Assembly: GCA_013239625.1 (NCBI GenBank)
Contig: MU057350.1
Coordinates: 22,721,894-22,785,771 of the forward strand
Origin: Lama guanicoe
Taxonomy: Eukaryota
Direction of reading: 5' to 3'
Length of the DNA stretch: 63,878 nucleotides
Shown: positions 33,690 to 46,699 of the stretch, piece after piece
Position numbering within the stretch: position 1 is the first letter of the stretch
Layout of the letters: each line of letters starts with the position of its first letter
Made by a program: the position numbers and the translations under genes
Notes under the pieces: model-generated
What the model was told of the DNA's origin: nothing
Databases searched by the model: none
The model's input: only the letters and a program-made list of their open reading frames with translations

Positions 33690-34790
33690 TGGGAAACTGA
33701 TACCTTGAAGTAGGGTGCTACTGTCACATTCCTTAACTAATACCGAAGTTTATACTTGAAGTGGGGTGCTGTCATGATGTAAACCTAAAATGTGTGGCTC
33801 TGGTTTAGCTGTTTGCCTTTCAAGCTATAATGGGTCTTCTGTTGATACACGAGTCTTTCCAGTCCCCAGTATCAGCTTCCTTGCTGCCCACTGCCCAACT
33901 AATCAGTGTTGACTGGTAAATGGCAAGAAAAATGATTTTAGAAGCTTATAAAGATGTAGACCATGTTAGGCAGTAGCAGAACACTTGGACGCAAAGAAAT
34001 AAATCCCTCATGAACATTTTTGTTGAGGAAAGGACTTCAGCCATGGTTATGCTCACAGGACTGACTGCAAGCTTGTAGATCAGAAGCCTAGTGAGATTTT
34101 GAGGGAACAGAACTGCTAAGAAACCACAGTCTAGGACTTTGTTCAAGCCTAAAGCACCAGTTACTGCAGGACATTTGGAAAGTAGGGAGATATTTTTGAT
34201 TTGGGGGCAGAGATGCCTCTACCCACTGGTACCTAATGGGTAGAGGCCAGGAAAGTTGCTAAACATCCTACACTTATAAAATCGACTCCCACAACAGATG
34301 GCCCAAAATGTCAATAAGATAACAGGCCATGGAGAACAACAGAGGAGGGAATTTTTCCCATGGAGTTTAATTCTGGTCTAATCAAGAAAGTTCCCCTGCT
34401 GCCTGGTACAGTCTCTCACTTGGCAGGATTGTAGGGACCAGTGACTTCCCTGTGACTCCCATTCTGCGCTTTTCTGAATGGGAGTCCTTGTTTCTTTGTC
34501 CCATCCTTGTTCCATCATGGCATATGGGGTACAGGGGGGGTGGTGACAGATACTTTGTCTTTTCAGTTCACAGGTCAATGAACGTGAAATACTGCATCTG
34601 AACTTTGTGGAGATATTACGTATCACCTGGAGACTCAGAACATTGGTCTGGACATAGTAACTGGACTGGCCTTTCCACTGTCTCCCTGACGGAGGGGGTC
34701 AGTATATTCTTTGCATGGGAAAAAGGACGTGAACGTTATTTGTTGATCAGAAGGGCAGATATTTGTCAAATTGAATCTAATGGTCCTAAG
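33690..34790 (+). mobile_element. MaLR (MLT1) internal-region relic with nested MER20 (~34160-34320)
   Basis: GAAGTGGGGTGCTGTC...AAACCTAAAATGTGTGGCTCTGG (int 5'); GTCTTTTCAGTTCACAGGTC...TTTGCATGGGAAAAAGGACGTGAA...CAGAAGGGCAGA (int 3'); MER20 phrase GGGTAGAGGCCAGGAAAGTTGCTAAACATCCTAC. Confidence 0.6.
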
Positions 34791-35269
34791 TAGAGGAAGA
34801 TGGAGGTTTGGGAGGTGGGTGGTCTCCAAAAAGCAGACTTTTCATTGTAAGGATTTCTCCTTCTGCTGTGATAACCATATGATTTCCAAATGTAATAATA
34901 TGCTTTTCTTTCCCCCTCAGTGTACTTTTTAAATTTTTTACTACCTTTTTCTGGATATTGCTGGGGCTTTGGACTTTGTGAAGACCTGCAACCTGCTCTT
35001 ACTACCTTAAGTGAGATAATACGTACCGTGGTGTGTAGCTTCAACATTCAAACATGTCCCATTTGTGGCCTTACTGACAGGCTGTCAGATCAAAGGGCTA
35101 ATGTTCGTGGAGCATCTTACACACTGTGAAGCCCTGTATGAAAAGCCTTGTTCCTCTCCTACTTCTATTTCTCTTCTTTCTCGCATTACTTGAACATTAT
35201 TTTGAAGCAGAAACTGTGCTTGGCAGCTTCTATCCATCTTCTTGTTTAATGTCATGAAATCCCATGTTC

Positions 35270-35400
35270 CCTCCATTTTTCAAGTCAGGAAACTCCAGCT
35301 GGACAAGCCCGGGGTCACGCCAGGAACACACAGCTAGGAGATGACAAAGCTGGGATTGAAACCGAAGTCCGTTGGACTCTAAAGCTGCTCCTCTCCCTTC
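35270..35400 (-). mobile_element. MIR SINE
   Basis: CCATTTTCAAGTCAGGAAACTCCAGCT...ACACAGCTAG...GCTGGGATTGAAAC. Confidence 0.65.
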
Positions 35401-35507
35401 TCTTCCTCTCTGCTTTTCTTCTTCCTCCTTCTTCTTTCTACTGTTCTTCATCCTTCTCTCCCTCTTCCCAACCCCAAGGTAAGGGCGAGGAGTAATGAAA
35501 GAGATGC

Positions 35508-36021
35508 TGTTGGCAGTCTTTCTAACGGTCGTGGTCCCTGCCCTTCTTTGAACTCAGACCCTGATTTTGTTCAGATGGGGGTCTCTGCACCTCAGAGGAG
35601 ACAGGGCTTCTCCTCAACTCCAGGGTGAATCCAGATCGTCGGGCTCTAAGCCAATGACAGTAATTTCTTCCTTTGCTAATTAACTGGTTTTAAGCATGGG
35701 TATGTGACTCATTTCTGGCCAGTGTGACTTTATAGGAAGTCTTTTGGGGGCTTATTGGAAAATAGACAAGAACATTGATGTGCAAAAGCATGACACCTGG
35801 AGCCATGGCAGCCATTTTGTTACAATGAGGGGAATTACCGTGGTACAGAGTAGAGAAATAAAATGGGTCCTTAATGACATCAATTTGCTAATGACATTTA
35901 TTCCTGGATCTGCTGGAATAACTCTGGACTTCTTTTCATATTCATTAAATCATCCTGCTATTGTTTAAGCTGCTTTGAGTTGCTTTTCTGTTACTTGTGA
36001 TCAAAAGTCTAACTCACATAC
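35508..36021 (+). mobile_element. MLT1J/K-like LTR
   Basis: CAGACCCTGATTTTGTTCAG...GGCAGCCATTTTGT...TTTTCTGTTACTTGTGATCAAAAGTCTAACTCACATA. Confidence 0.75.
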
Positions 36022-36689
36022 CTTTTCCTTCTTCCTCCTTCATGCCTTCTTGTGTTCTTAAGGGTTAAGAAGAGTTGATCAGGAAACCTACTACATGAGT
36101 TTGACACTCTTTCCACAGTTGAAACTGTGCCAGAAATGAGAGGAAAAAGCAAGAGGGCCTCTGTTCCAGGCTGACATGGGATTCATAGCTGCCGCAAGGT
36201 CCACTTAGGTTCACACCACACGTTACACAAAATATTTCTTCCAGCTACTCAAGGTGGTGTCCGTAGACAGCCAAGTTCATTCCCATGCCTTGACATGAAG
36301 CCAAAGGCTTGATGCCCATCATGTGAAGTGGAAACAATGTTAAAGGAGAAAGCAGGAGAGATCCTCCTCTCCTGCCTCTTGGGGGATCAAGGATTGTGAA
36401 TATTGTTACTGTTGGAGGGGACCTGAGATGGTCAAGTTTATTTCCATTATTTTACAGATAAATACAAGAGGCTCAAAGAGGGGGAATGATTGCCCAGGCT
36501 CCCACAGTTAGTTCATGCCAGAGATAGGTCTGAATCCCTGCTCAGGTCCCTAGTTGAGGGCTTCTGCGTGACTCTAAGTGCCACTATCAGCTGAGATAGC
36601 TGGTCCCAGATGGCCAAGCATTCCCACATTGTCCCTGAATGTGTAAAGGAAATCTTCTTCATTTGGATAAGATTACCCACAAAAAGGCA

Positions 36690-37009
36690 AAAATGAACTT
36701 ATTTACAAAACAGAAAGAGACTCACAGACATAGAAAACAAACTTATGGTTACCAAAGGGGAAAGCTGAGGAGGGATAAATTGGAAATTTGGGATTTGCAG
36801 ATACAAACTATTATATACAGAATAGACAAACAACAACAAAGTCCTAAGTAGAGCACAGGGAACTGTATTCAATAGCTTGTAATAACCTATAATGAAAAAG
36901 AATATATATGTGTGTGTGTGTGTGTGTGTGTATACCTGAATCACCCGGCCATACACCAGAAATTAACACAACATTGTAAATCAACTATAGCTCAATTTAA
37001 AAAAAAAAA
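36690..37009 (+). mobile_element. Young artiodactyl-type L1 3' end with an internal (GT)n
   Basis: AATGAACTTATTTACAAAACAGAAAGAGACTCACAGACATAGAAAACAAACTTATGGTTACCAAAGGGG...AACACAACATTGTAAATCAACTATAGCTCAATTTAAAA. Confidence 0.9.
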
Positions 37010-37056
37010 GAAGCAGGGAACAAAATCAGGGGTAGGGGATAGGGAGAAGGGGCTCA

Positions 37057-37059
<3 letters not shown>

Positions 37060-37087
<28 letters not shown>
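37060..37087. repeat. (TG)n microsatellite
   Basis: About 14 TG units. Confidence 0.95.
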
Positions 37088-37091
<4 letters not shown>

Positions 37092-37481
37092 AAAGAGGAA
37101 GAGGTGTGAGTGTTCAGGAGAACTACAGTCACACCGCTTGCCTCTGACGCTCCACCACTGGGCTCACTGGTCACACCAGCTGCGTTTCCAAAAGCTCTTC
37201 CCTTCTCGTCCTGCCGACAAATTGCATTGATTTACGAAACAGACAACTCTGCAATTGCCTGAGTACATTTAATCTTTTCAAATTAAGCCAACTTCACATT
37301 CGGCATACCATATGGAATTCTTTAGGGTGTTTATAAACACGGTTACACTTAAGCCCTCGTCCACTCTGCTTAAACTGTGGCAGAAATAGACCAGAGAGCC
37401 AAAAACATACAGATTGAAGCGATGATCTGCCACCAGGCCAAATCCTTTCAGAGTGGAAAATATTTTAGACATCATCTGGTC

Positions 37482-37830
37482 CAGAGGCTGCACCCTGGAG
37501 GCCTAGGGGCTGATTTCGGCACACAGATGTGTTGAGTTTGGCTCATTCTGTGTTTCTGAACATTTTTATGCCAACATTTAAGAATTGGAAGCTTTCCCAT
37601 AAAAATCCAGACTTTCTGCATCTTTACAAAAAAAAAAAACTGGAAATGTGGCTACACTGAGCCCTCGTTCCCACACAGCTATCAACTGAAGCCAAATAGT
37701 AGCTTCGTCCCCCGCCTGGGGTATCTTTGCTCTTGGCCATAATTGTCACCACTGCCGACTGTCTTACACTAAATACCTGCCTCACTCACTCTCAATACTT
37801 GCCTGACCCTTTTAGGCACGTGTCTGCCTC
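37482..37830 (+). mobile_element. MER102-like hAT-Charlie element
   Basis: CAGAGGCTGCA...CCAACATTTAAGAATTGGAAGCTTTCCCATAAAAATCCAGAC...GGCTACACTGAGCCC. Confidence 0.75.
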
Positions 37831-38281
37831 CTTCACCTTAATCAAAACACGTACAGGAGATAAAGTGAAGTCTCAGAATCTAGATGTGACTTACCTAAAA
37901 TTTCCAGACGTTCCAGAGGGAACTTTGGACTTCCTCAGCCCATGAAGTTGGACGTGGTGAGAATGGAGGAAGGCAAGCCAATGTGATCTATATTTTGAGA
38001 GCCCAAAAGACCACCGATGACTCAGGATTAGATGAGAAGGTAAGATATTTGATTCTTGGCTTATGGTTCATTGCAGGTGTTTATTCGTTCATTGCAACAA
38101 ACATTTATTGCTCTCGCAAACTGCTTTAGGTTCTGGGGAGATAAAGATATTAAATCTTGACTCTGGTCCTCAAGGAGCTTTCGGTCAAGCAGAGAACAAT
38201 AGACACGTAAGCACAGAATTCTAACAGGCCTTCTCCCGAACTCCTTTGGTCAGATCTGTAGGTAACAACGCAGTTGTTAAG

Positions 38282-39232
38282 TGTGAGATAATAGAAGATG
38301 TGTATTGGTATCTGCCCCTTGTTCCTGGCACAGAGCTCCTGAAACACATAATTTCCTAAGTGATAAGCACACCAGGAACATCTTTTCTTCTATTTGTCTT
38401 TGACCGCAGTTCCTGAAACAGCGCTCCTGAAACCTTTGTAAGTTGCTGAGTGATGAGGGCGTCTTTTGCTCTAACAAAGTGGATGAGGGCTGGTCACCAG
38501 CAACAACAAGCCATGATTAGAAGCTTGAAATTTTCAGCCTCATCTTTCATTCTCTGGAGAAGGGAGAAGGGCGGAAAATGGAGTTAATGATTGATCACAT
38601 GAATGGAATGAATTTTCCATAAAATTCCAATAGCTTAGGGTTCTGAGAGCTTCCCAGGTTGTCAAACAGGTGGCAGTATGGGGACAGTGGTGTCCCTGGA
38701 GCGGTCATGGAAGCTCCACACCCCTCCCCACATAACTTTGCCTTACACATTTCTTCCATCTGTATATTCATCTGTATCCTCTGTCCTATGCTTTTAGAAT
38801 AAACTGGTAAACCTAAGCAAATGTTGCCCTGAGTTCTGTGAGCCACTCTAGCAAACTAATCAAATCCAAGGGCAAAGAGGTCATGAGAACGTTTGATTTG
38901 TAGCCAAATGGGACAGAAGTTGTGATTAACCTGGGGACCTATACTAGCAATTGGCATCTGAAGCAGAGGGTGATCTCACAGGGCTGATCCCTGAACCTGT
39001 GGAATGCAACACGCCCTCCAGGTAGACGGTGTCAGCATTGAGTTAAATTATAAGACACCCAGCTGGGGTCAGTGACGTCCTTGGTTGGGGGAAAACTCGC
39101 ACACATTTGGTGACCAGAACCGTCAGAAGTGAAGTGTTCTGTGTAAGTGGTAAAGGAGAAAGCCACACAAGAGGCAGACAGGACTGGGTTGTTTTGTTTG
39201 GTGGGGGGTGATTTTTATTTGTATTTTTAACA
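38282..39232 (+). mobile_element. MER21C-like solo LTR
   Basis: TGTGAGATA...GTTCCTGGCACAGAGCTCCT...GGGTTCTGAGAGCTTCCCAGGTTG...CCCTGAGTTCTGTGAGCCACTCTAGCAAA...CACATTTGGTGACCAGAA. Confidence 0.85.
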
Positions 39233-39290
39233 CATTATGGTAACAGGCTGACTTGCAAACTTGGATTCGAATATGGGTCCTGTCCATTCT

Positions 39291-39457
39291 TTTTTGTTGT
39301 TGTTTTTGTTTTGTTTGTTTTGGGGTTTTTTTTAGGGGGAGGGGGTAATTAGGTTTGCTCGTTTGGTTATCTATTTTGGGGGAGGTACTGGGGATTGAAC
39401 CCAGGGTCTCATGCTTATGCTAAGCACACACGCTACCTCTGAGTTACACCTCCCCCC
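39291..39457 (-). mobile_element. Camelid tRNA-Ala-derived SINE (Vic-1 type) inserted in a MIR
   Basis: GGTAATTAGGTTT...GGAGGTACTGGGGATTGAACCCAGGG...ATGCTAAGCAC...TGAGTTACACCTCCCC. Confidence 0.88.
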
Positions 39458-40989
39458 AACTCCATCCCACTCCGTCCCTCCTTAACTTGGACAAAATACT
39501 TCTCATCTAAACCCCAGTTTTCACATCTGTATAAAATAATTAAATGCTTATCACCTGGAGTTTGTGAGAAACATTTGAAAAGCTCCTTGCGCAGAGTGAG
39601 CATTCAGGAATTAGTGAATTCAGTAATTCTTCTTCTAGAATGCTTCCCCCCGCCGTGTTACTCATTCTTCTTTTCTTTTTTTTCCCCTTTCATTACTTTC
39701 TCTCTAGTTTGTTCCAGATATTGCTTTAAATTTTAAGATCTCCAAGTACTTCCCTGCATCACAAGTCACTGGATGATGGGCAGGACTTGTAATGAGAAGT
39801 GCCAGTACTTATTAAAACGAGCGCATGTGGCCTTGACTCTCAGAAGCAGTGCATTGTTTGTGTTACTTCTTTGAAGGACAGAAAATGACTAAGAAGTGAG
39901 GCCTTCATTATTTGGTCTCTCATTTGCACAGAGTATCTTGGTAGACAGTCCTGCTCTGGGGTGCTCACACACACACAGTTCTGGGCCTTGAGCATTCCAG
40001 ATTCAAAAGTGGAACAAAGGACCAAGAGCCAGAAAATCTTCGATGTTCATCCCAGGGCAGATGTTGTTTCCCTTGTCGGCCGTGGGCAAATCACCTCCCC
40101 CATCACTTCCCCCATCAGCTGCGCAGAAATCAATTATCTCCTCGCCTCACTTGAGGGCTGAGAGACTTAATTAAGCTTTTGGAAGATGGTTGTTAGTTAA
40201 CCTAATTCTCTCCGTAAACTAACAACCCTTTGCTTTCCTCATCGTACCTCCCAAAATTTCATAAATTAGTCCCCCTTTTCCTAAGTCAGAATGTAGGATG
40301 ACTCTTCTTTTTACTGATTCACTTCGATGATTGGTTTTTAGTGATATTTCCCATCAACACGCCCAGGGTAGTGTTGAGGGAAATGAGGAGGGAGCATCTC
40401 AGTGGTGACTAAGAGCAGAGGTAATGGGGAGAGAACTGTCCTTTCCAGAAGGGAAATATTATCTTTGTCCTTGAAAATAAAATTCTTGGAGCCTCTGGTC
40501 CTTGTGGGCCATGAAGAGAATTGAGGATTAGATTAAACTGGCTTATTTTGCAGTGGCTTGGACGGACTCCTTCCCAATGCAAGCAAGAGTCCCTCAGACA
40601 CAGGTTCAAATTCTGGCCTCACCACATCCTGGTGGAGCCACACTGAACATTTATTGACTTAACTTCACCGTTTCCTCATCTGTAAAATGACAATGATAAA
40701 GTCTCCTTCACAGGAGGAGGAAGCGAAACCATGCACGTTTCCCTTTTCACTTTCCCTTGCAGAGATACGTGCATCTGTCCAGTTTCTACAACAGGATTAT
40801 AGTAAACCCCCTGAGGACAGGGATGGCTCAGCTGTATCCAGCCTTTCTCAACAGGGGTTCCCCAAGAGAATTAAACTCCCCAGAAAATTGTGTGAGTGAC
40901 TATATTCTCAATTCTCCTAAGGATGAGAGAGAACTAGTACCATTTTAGATGCATAGGAGAGGAATTAATTCACTACCTACAATGGATGC

Positions 40990-41325
40990 CTTAGGGCATG
41001 AGGCCTTAATTCTATCCTGCAACCTGATTAAGAAGCACTGGTAACACTAATCATTATGAAAGATAAACTCCAAACTTTCAGCGGTTTAATGTGACAGAAG
41101 TGTATGTTTAATGGGTGTTCCAAATTGGCAGGATTAAATAATTCAGAGCTTCTAAGCTCTCCATGCTCATCTGCATTAAAGGGAAAGAGTGAGGAAGAGT
41201 GAGGCTTTCTGTTCACACTCCGTTAGTTAGACCGCAGGCACCAGGCACAAGGGAGGCTGCTGGGAAATGTAGTCTATCTGTGGAGCCAGGGAAGAGAAGG
41301 GAATGCTAGCAGGTCTCTGCCACGT
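40990..41325 (-). mobile_element. Old MLT1 LTR fragment
   Basis: CAAGGGAGGCTGCTGGGAAATGTAGTCT...TAGCAGGTCTCTGCCAC. Confidence 0.55.
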
Positions 41326-42419
41326 GCGAGTATTATCTCCCTGGTGAGTAGGCTTTCAACTAGACTCACACAGCAGGTGACAGTGTTCAGTAAATGTTTG
41401 CGAAATTTATGCATGAACGAATTAAGCGTTCATTCAATCTATCAATCCTCACACCCTGACTTGCTCCGTTTATCCTGTGTACTACCTCCCCCAAACCCTC
41501 TCTTCCACCCAGCTGCCACAGTAAGGTCCAGAAAATTACTCTGCAGCATTGAACAGTGTTTGAAAGGAGCACTTGGTCTCAACTTGCAAAGCCCTGGATT
41601 TGAGTCTCAGTTGGATCAATTACCAGCTGGGCTCCCTGGGGCCAGTGGCTTTTTACCTAAAATTGCAGATAGGTATTACGTGCTTCTTTGTCTACAGTGG
41701 AAATCACGGTTGGTGGCACAAATCGTGGTTTAGGGGAAGACCCTAGGACTTAATATAAGCAGGGGTATTTTGGGAAGTGCCATATAAATGTAAATGTTAT
41801 TGATATTCATCCATGTGAAGTTATTAGCTGGAAATACTCAAGGCATTTCTCCTAAAAGGGCATCTGTATTGTTAAGAGAAGACTCTGAACAGATTTCCAG
41901 TGATGAAATATCAGGTGCTTCCTTGCAAAGCTGTGGTTTCTGCTCAGTGTTCCTGCGTCCTAGTAATGGAACAATAATTTCCACAAATGCCATCACAGGG
42001 GGACCAGAGCATGGGGCTAGCCTTTGGATCTGTAATGATGGTGGGCTCCAGGATAAGGACGGACATGCAAACCTGTGATAGCTACGTCAATAGAATTCAA
42101 AACAATATGGGACACAGAAGGAAGAAGAGAGGCGGGGAGGGAATCATGGGCGGGGCAGGGATGGGGTGCCACCCCACACCAAGGCTGTGGGTCTCTGGCA
42201 ACACAGGTGAATATCGACGGGCTCAACTGGATTACTTCCTCCAAAGGGAAGGGTTAGAGAGAATCAGGGGGAAATTCAAGGTTCGTAGACTCTTTCAAAT
42301 CAGGCAAAATAAAAAAGTCTTTGTGTGCTGGAAACTGATCTGGGTATATTCTAAATTAAACTATTTCCCCTTCGTGGAACAAGAGTCCTGATGTCACAAA
42401 CCTTAGTTCTTAGGAAGGG

Positions 42420-42960
42420 AGAGGCTATGGTATTACAGAAAGACACTGATTATAGAGCCAAGGAAAGCTGGGTTCAGATTTTTGCGCCTCCACCATTTCT
42501 AGTATGATTTGGGGAAAATCCCTCTGACTCTTTGGAGGTAATAATTCCTCTGTCAAAGATTTGCCCTAAAGGCAAGCTACAACAAAATGACATTAGCCTG
42601 CCTAGCACAGAGCATTCAATAAGTGTAGGTTATTATTATTAAAATAGACCAAAACATTCAGCTCCCCGCTGATGTAGTAATCGACATGCTCATTTCTGGG
42701 CAAGAAAAAACATTGCTAAGGTTGAAAGGAGTTTAAATATCACTGCCTCTTGGAGAGAGGGGTCTCTCTGACCATCCCACCTAGACTAAACCCTCCCGAT
42801 GACTTCATACTTGGGTGTGGATTTGTGTACTTGTGTTTTGTCTATCTTTTCATCCAAAAGTAAGTTTCAAGAGGGCAGAGAGCTTGTTGTCTTGTCCGTG
42901 GTGGTTCAGTGCGGGACACAGCCTGGAGTGCCATGTGTTTAATAAATGGCTGTTGGAAGG
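42420..42960 (+). mobile_element. MIR followed by an L2 3' end
   Basis: GCTGGGTTCAGATT...CATTCAATAAGTGTAG; GTAAGTTTCAAGAGGGCAGAGAGCTTGTTGTCTTGT...AATAAATGGCTGTTGGAAGGAA. Confidence 0.65.
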
Positions 42961-43654
42961 AAGGAGAGGGAAGGAAGCAGGGCCGCCTGAATGATTAGAG
43001 AACATTTTAACACTGACAACCCTCGCATCCCATAGAGAGAGCTGCATCCTGAAACGCAGATACCCCTGGGAAAGGCAGCCGTTGACTGAAATGCATTCTG
43101 ACGCGTAAAGGACTCCTTGGAGATCCCTGCCCGGGAAAGAGTCTCCAGAGAGGGTGAGCTGGGAGATGGGGGCAGGGAAAGAGCTTGTCTGGCTGTCACC
43201 TGGGCACAGGAGTCCAGGTGTGCTTGTAGAGTAGGAAGAAGCCCTCCGCATCCCAACCTGCCCGTGCAGAACCCAATTTGCATGCATCACCCACGCCCTC
43301 GGTGTAGCAGCCATCTTCCTTTTCATCAGTGCTGTGGGGCAAGGGAGGAAAATACCTTTCAAGACCAGACATGAATCTTGCAGTAAACAAGCTTTACTCT
43401 GCCTTGTTGTGTGGGTTTTAACCTTTCATAATACCCGCAGGGCAGATTGAAATGCTAAAGTAATGCACTGTAAAGCTTCCTTGCTAGGCGGGGGAAACTC
43501 TAGCCGTGAAAAACAAACAAATAAAAAGCGTGAAAGCCACCACAAGCCTTTTCTCCTAAAGAGGCATGTAGACAACAATCTCTGTTTGCTAGCCTCTCTC
43601 TCTCTGAACGAGACTATGTTTCATATCAGGTGGGGATGAGAAAGGAAAGGACTT

Positions 43655-43840
43655 GACATTTATGAAGCACCTACTATGTGCCAGGCACTGTGCTGGGAAC
43701 ACTTTCATGTGTTATTTCTTGGAACCATCCCAACAAGCCCCCTGGCGGTCATTCGCTCCACCATGTGACCCTCCGCAGTTAACTTGTCTGAGCTCACACA
43801 GCTAATCAGGTATCTGTCAGACTTCACCAGCCATACTACT
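43655..43840 (-). mobile_element. MIR SINE
   Basis: ACATTTATGAAGCACCTACTATGTGCCAGGCACTGTGCT...TTAACTTGTCTGAGCTCACACAGCTA. Confidence 0.75.
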
Positions 43841-43929
43841 TAAATATTCTGAATTTCATTCAAACTTTTTTGAATGAGGAATCTTTCTCATAAACGTATG
43901 TGCTATGTATGCTCTTTCACCCACCAATA

Positions 43930-44340
43930 TCATTTCCTGTGGAAAGAAATCAAAGATGTACACAAAGATGTGACAATGAGACCATTGATTACAGCACTGT
44001 TTTCGGTGGAAAAAAATAACTTAAAGGTCCAATAGTAGGGATTGGTCAGATACATTATGAACCACCCATGCAGTGAAAGACTTCATAGATATCGTGATTA
44101 TTTATTGCCATAGAAATATGTTGCTGATTTATTATTAAGGGGAAGGGGAAAAAACAGGTTTGAAACAATATCTAAAATACCAATTGGGCAAATAAATACA
44201 CAAGTAAATTAACGCATACAAAAATTCAAAAAGAATGTAAAAAAATTAACTGTTTATCTTTGAATGGCAGGATTACAGGTATTTTTTTTACCTCCTTTTG
44301 CTTCTCTATTTTTAAGCATTTTTCTACAGTGAGCTTGCAC
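43930..44340 (+). mobile_element. Ancient L1ME 3' end
   Basis: AAAGATGTACACAAAGATGT...GTCCAATAGTAGGGATTGGT...GGATTACAGGTATTTTTTT. Confidence 0.65.
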
Positions 44341-44694
44341 CTCTTGAGCAGTTAGTTTCTTTTAGTTTTTCCTTCTTAAGAGTCGCTTTTAGAATAATTA
44401 GAAAGCTGCTTTCTAAAACATGTTGCTTGAGGGCCCAGAATTTGGAAACATTTCTATTCTTTTGTAGCTCCTACTAAAAGGAGAAACGAAATTCCTAGCC
44501 AAATACTGACATTTGGCCAATATTGTTTCTTTTTATAATTACATTGTCAGCCGCTGATTAAAATGTAAGCGCCTGAAAGCCGAAACATGTCCTTTTTTCC
44601 TCTTTAATCCATGTTCCTTTGTGGTGTTCAGTGACTACTTATGATTGTTTGATTTCTTCCCTTTACTCTTTTGGTTTTAGGTCTGGGTTTTTTT

Positions 44695-44726
<32 letters not shown>

Positions 44727-45764
44727 CCTATTTTACACCAGAAGCTTATTCATTTGGACCCTTTTAAATTCTAGTTTGTGAAAATTTGGAAAATTTAGAC
44801 AAGACTGAAACTTACTTTTTTTCTCTGAATAAAATTTGGGTTGGTTGAGGGCAGGGTCCATGTAAGCGAATGAGGTGGGAGGGCTATATTTAACCTACTT
44901 GGGAAAACACTCTTGAACTCTTTTCAACATCCTTTTGTGCCCAGTTAATTAATGGACTGATTACAAATGATTATAATTCATTGAGTCGATTTGGCAGAAT
45001 TTCCTCCTGGCAGCACTGCATCTCCTATTAGTTTGTGTTACTTGTCAGTATTGAAAGTGACACATCTACTTTGCCTTACAAATAGCATAGATATTCACTA
45101 ATTCAGGACTTGTTCAATAATCTGAGTGGGTTTTTCACAGTCCTCTAATTTTCAGATTTTACTGTATTTTTTAACTGAATAGATCCCTCTTTAAATAAAA
45201 CAGTGCTTTTAGAAATAGAAGTTATTCCTTCCCTAAAAAATAAAGCCGTAACATCCAGGGTATGCATGGAAGTATTAATCACACTCATTGAACGAAAAAT
45301 AATGCAAACGATATGAAGTGTGCAAAAGTGAAAGTCCACACCCGACTCTCTTTTTCCTACGCACAGGCTTGGAGATTCCTGGCCCTGCTCTGCCTTGTTT
45401 CTGTGGAGAAACCCAATTCACTTCACAATATAGCATCCCAGGAGTCCAGTATAGCAGCAGGCCTGGGGCTGGGACCCTTCGGCGTTCAACGGATCGGGGC
45501 TGGATGCCACTTTGACCCTCTAATGAGACGGCCTCAGAGCTTCCACGAGCACTTGGTACCATAATGTCAGTTTGATAGAGTTGTTGATTTGTTTTTGGTT
45601 TTTCGAGATGGTTGTTTTGTTTTGTTTGCCAAAAGCAGACCCTTCAGTAATTTTTCAGTAGGCCACACACCTGTCGGGTAAGTATGTCCTTCACGAGATA
45701 AAACAGATATAGGATGAAGGTAAGAACTGATATTATGAGCACATGGAATCTAAAACGGTCCCTC

Positions 45765-45971
45765 AAGAGCTGTACTGTTCAACAAAGTAGCCAGTAATAT
45801 GTTTGGCTATTTAGAATTAAATAAAATGAAGAAAATTTAAAAGTCACTTTCTCAGTCGCTCTAGCCACATTTCAAGTGCTCAGTAACTGTATGTAGGCAG
45901 TGGCTACCACACTGGAGAGCACAGATGGAGGCTGTTTTCATCCTTGCAGAAATTTCTAGTGGACAGCTCTG
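45765..45971. mobile_element. MER3 hAT-Charlie MITE
   Basis: CTCAGTCGCTCTAGCCACATTTCAAGTGCTCAGT...GTGGCTACC; terminal inverted repeats AGAGCTGT / ACAGCTCT. Confidence 0.85.
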
Positions 45972-46144
45972 TTTTTGAGTCTAACACAAGACAGAAAACA
46001 TAAAACCATTTAGTGAAACACCTGCCTCACGATATAGATATGTGTTTCGAGTCTGGGCTGCAGACGTCCTGTACTTCGTGCACTAGCTGCAGGTCAGAAA
46101 ACAGCATCCCTGGAAGAAGGGCAGAGGTAAGTCCCAGGCCCCTT

Positions 46145-46380
46145 CTGTTCTGGGCATGAGGGCTGTGGAACAAGACATCCCAGAACTTAGCGCCTTAAAT
46201 CAACAACAGTCCCTTTGTTATTTCTCCCGGCTGGGCGTGTGGGGCTGAGTGAGGTGGTCTCTAGGTCTTCGTGTGGTTGCACGGGTGGCTGAGGCTGGAA
46301 TCTGGAGTCAGTGTCCTTTCTCCAGTGTCTGGTGGCTGATGTGGCTGTTGGCTGGGACCTCAGCTGGGGCCTGTCCTGGA
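46145..46380 (-). mobile_element. MLT1 LTR fragment
   Basis: CCCAGAACTTAGCGCCTTAAATCAACAA...GTGTCTGGTGGCTGATGTGGCTGTTGGCTGGGACCTCAGCTGGGGC. Confidence 0.7.
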
Positions 46381-46699
46381 GGAAGTGATAAACACTTCTG
46401 AGAAGCTGGCCTGGGAAGATGCACTGACCGCCACACTCGGAAGTCCCGGGCCTCCCCTATTCAAGAGAAGAGAAAACAGCCAGCCGCTCTGACTAGCAGG
46501 AGTGTCATCCTCACGTCTGGAGGGTGAGGGCCAGCTGAGGAACCACCATCTACAGCCCCTTCTAGGGACAGGCCAAGTGTCTGCTTTCGTACCACTGTCC
46601 TCCTGGTGGCTGACCCTGACTGCAGGTGAGAGTCCCAGCTGGGACTGATCACATTAAAGATAACTAATTGCATACCTTCTACGGTGCTTTTTCCTGCCA

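Noticed and set aside
42850-43374. Overlapping ORFs up to 170 aa
   Set aside because: No homology recognised, the ORF runs into an L2 repeat, and overlapping ORFs on both strands are expected in GC-richer non-coding DNA.
45659-46135. Consensus-like donors CGG|GTAAGT and GAG|GTAAGT (similar isolated donors at ~6669, ~8680, ~41344, ~62203)
   Set aside because: No convincing paired acceptor or coding frame; isolated donors are common by chance.
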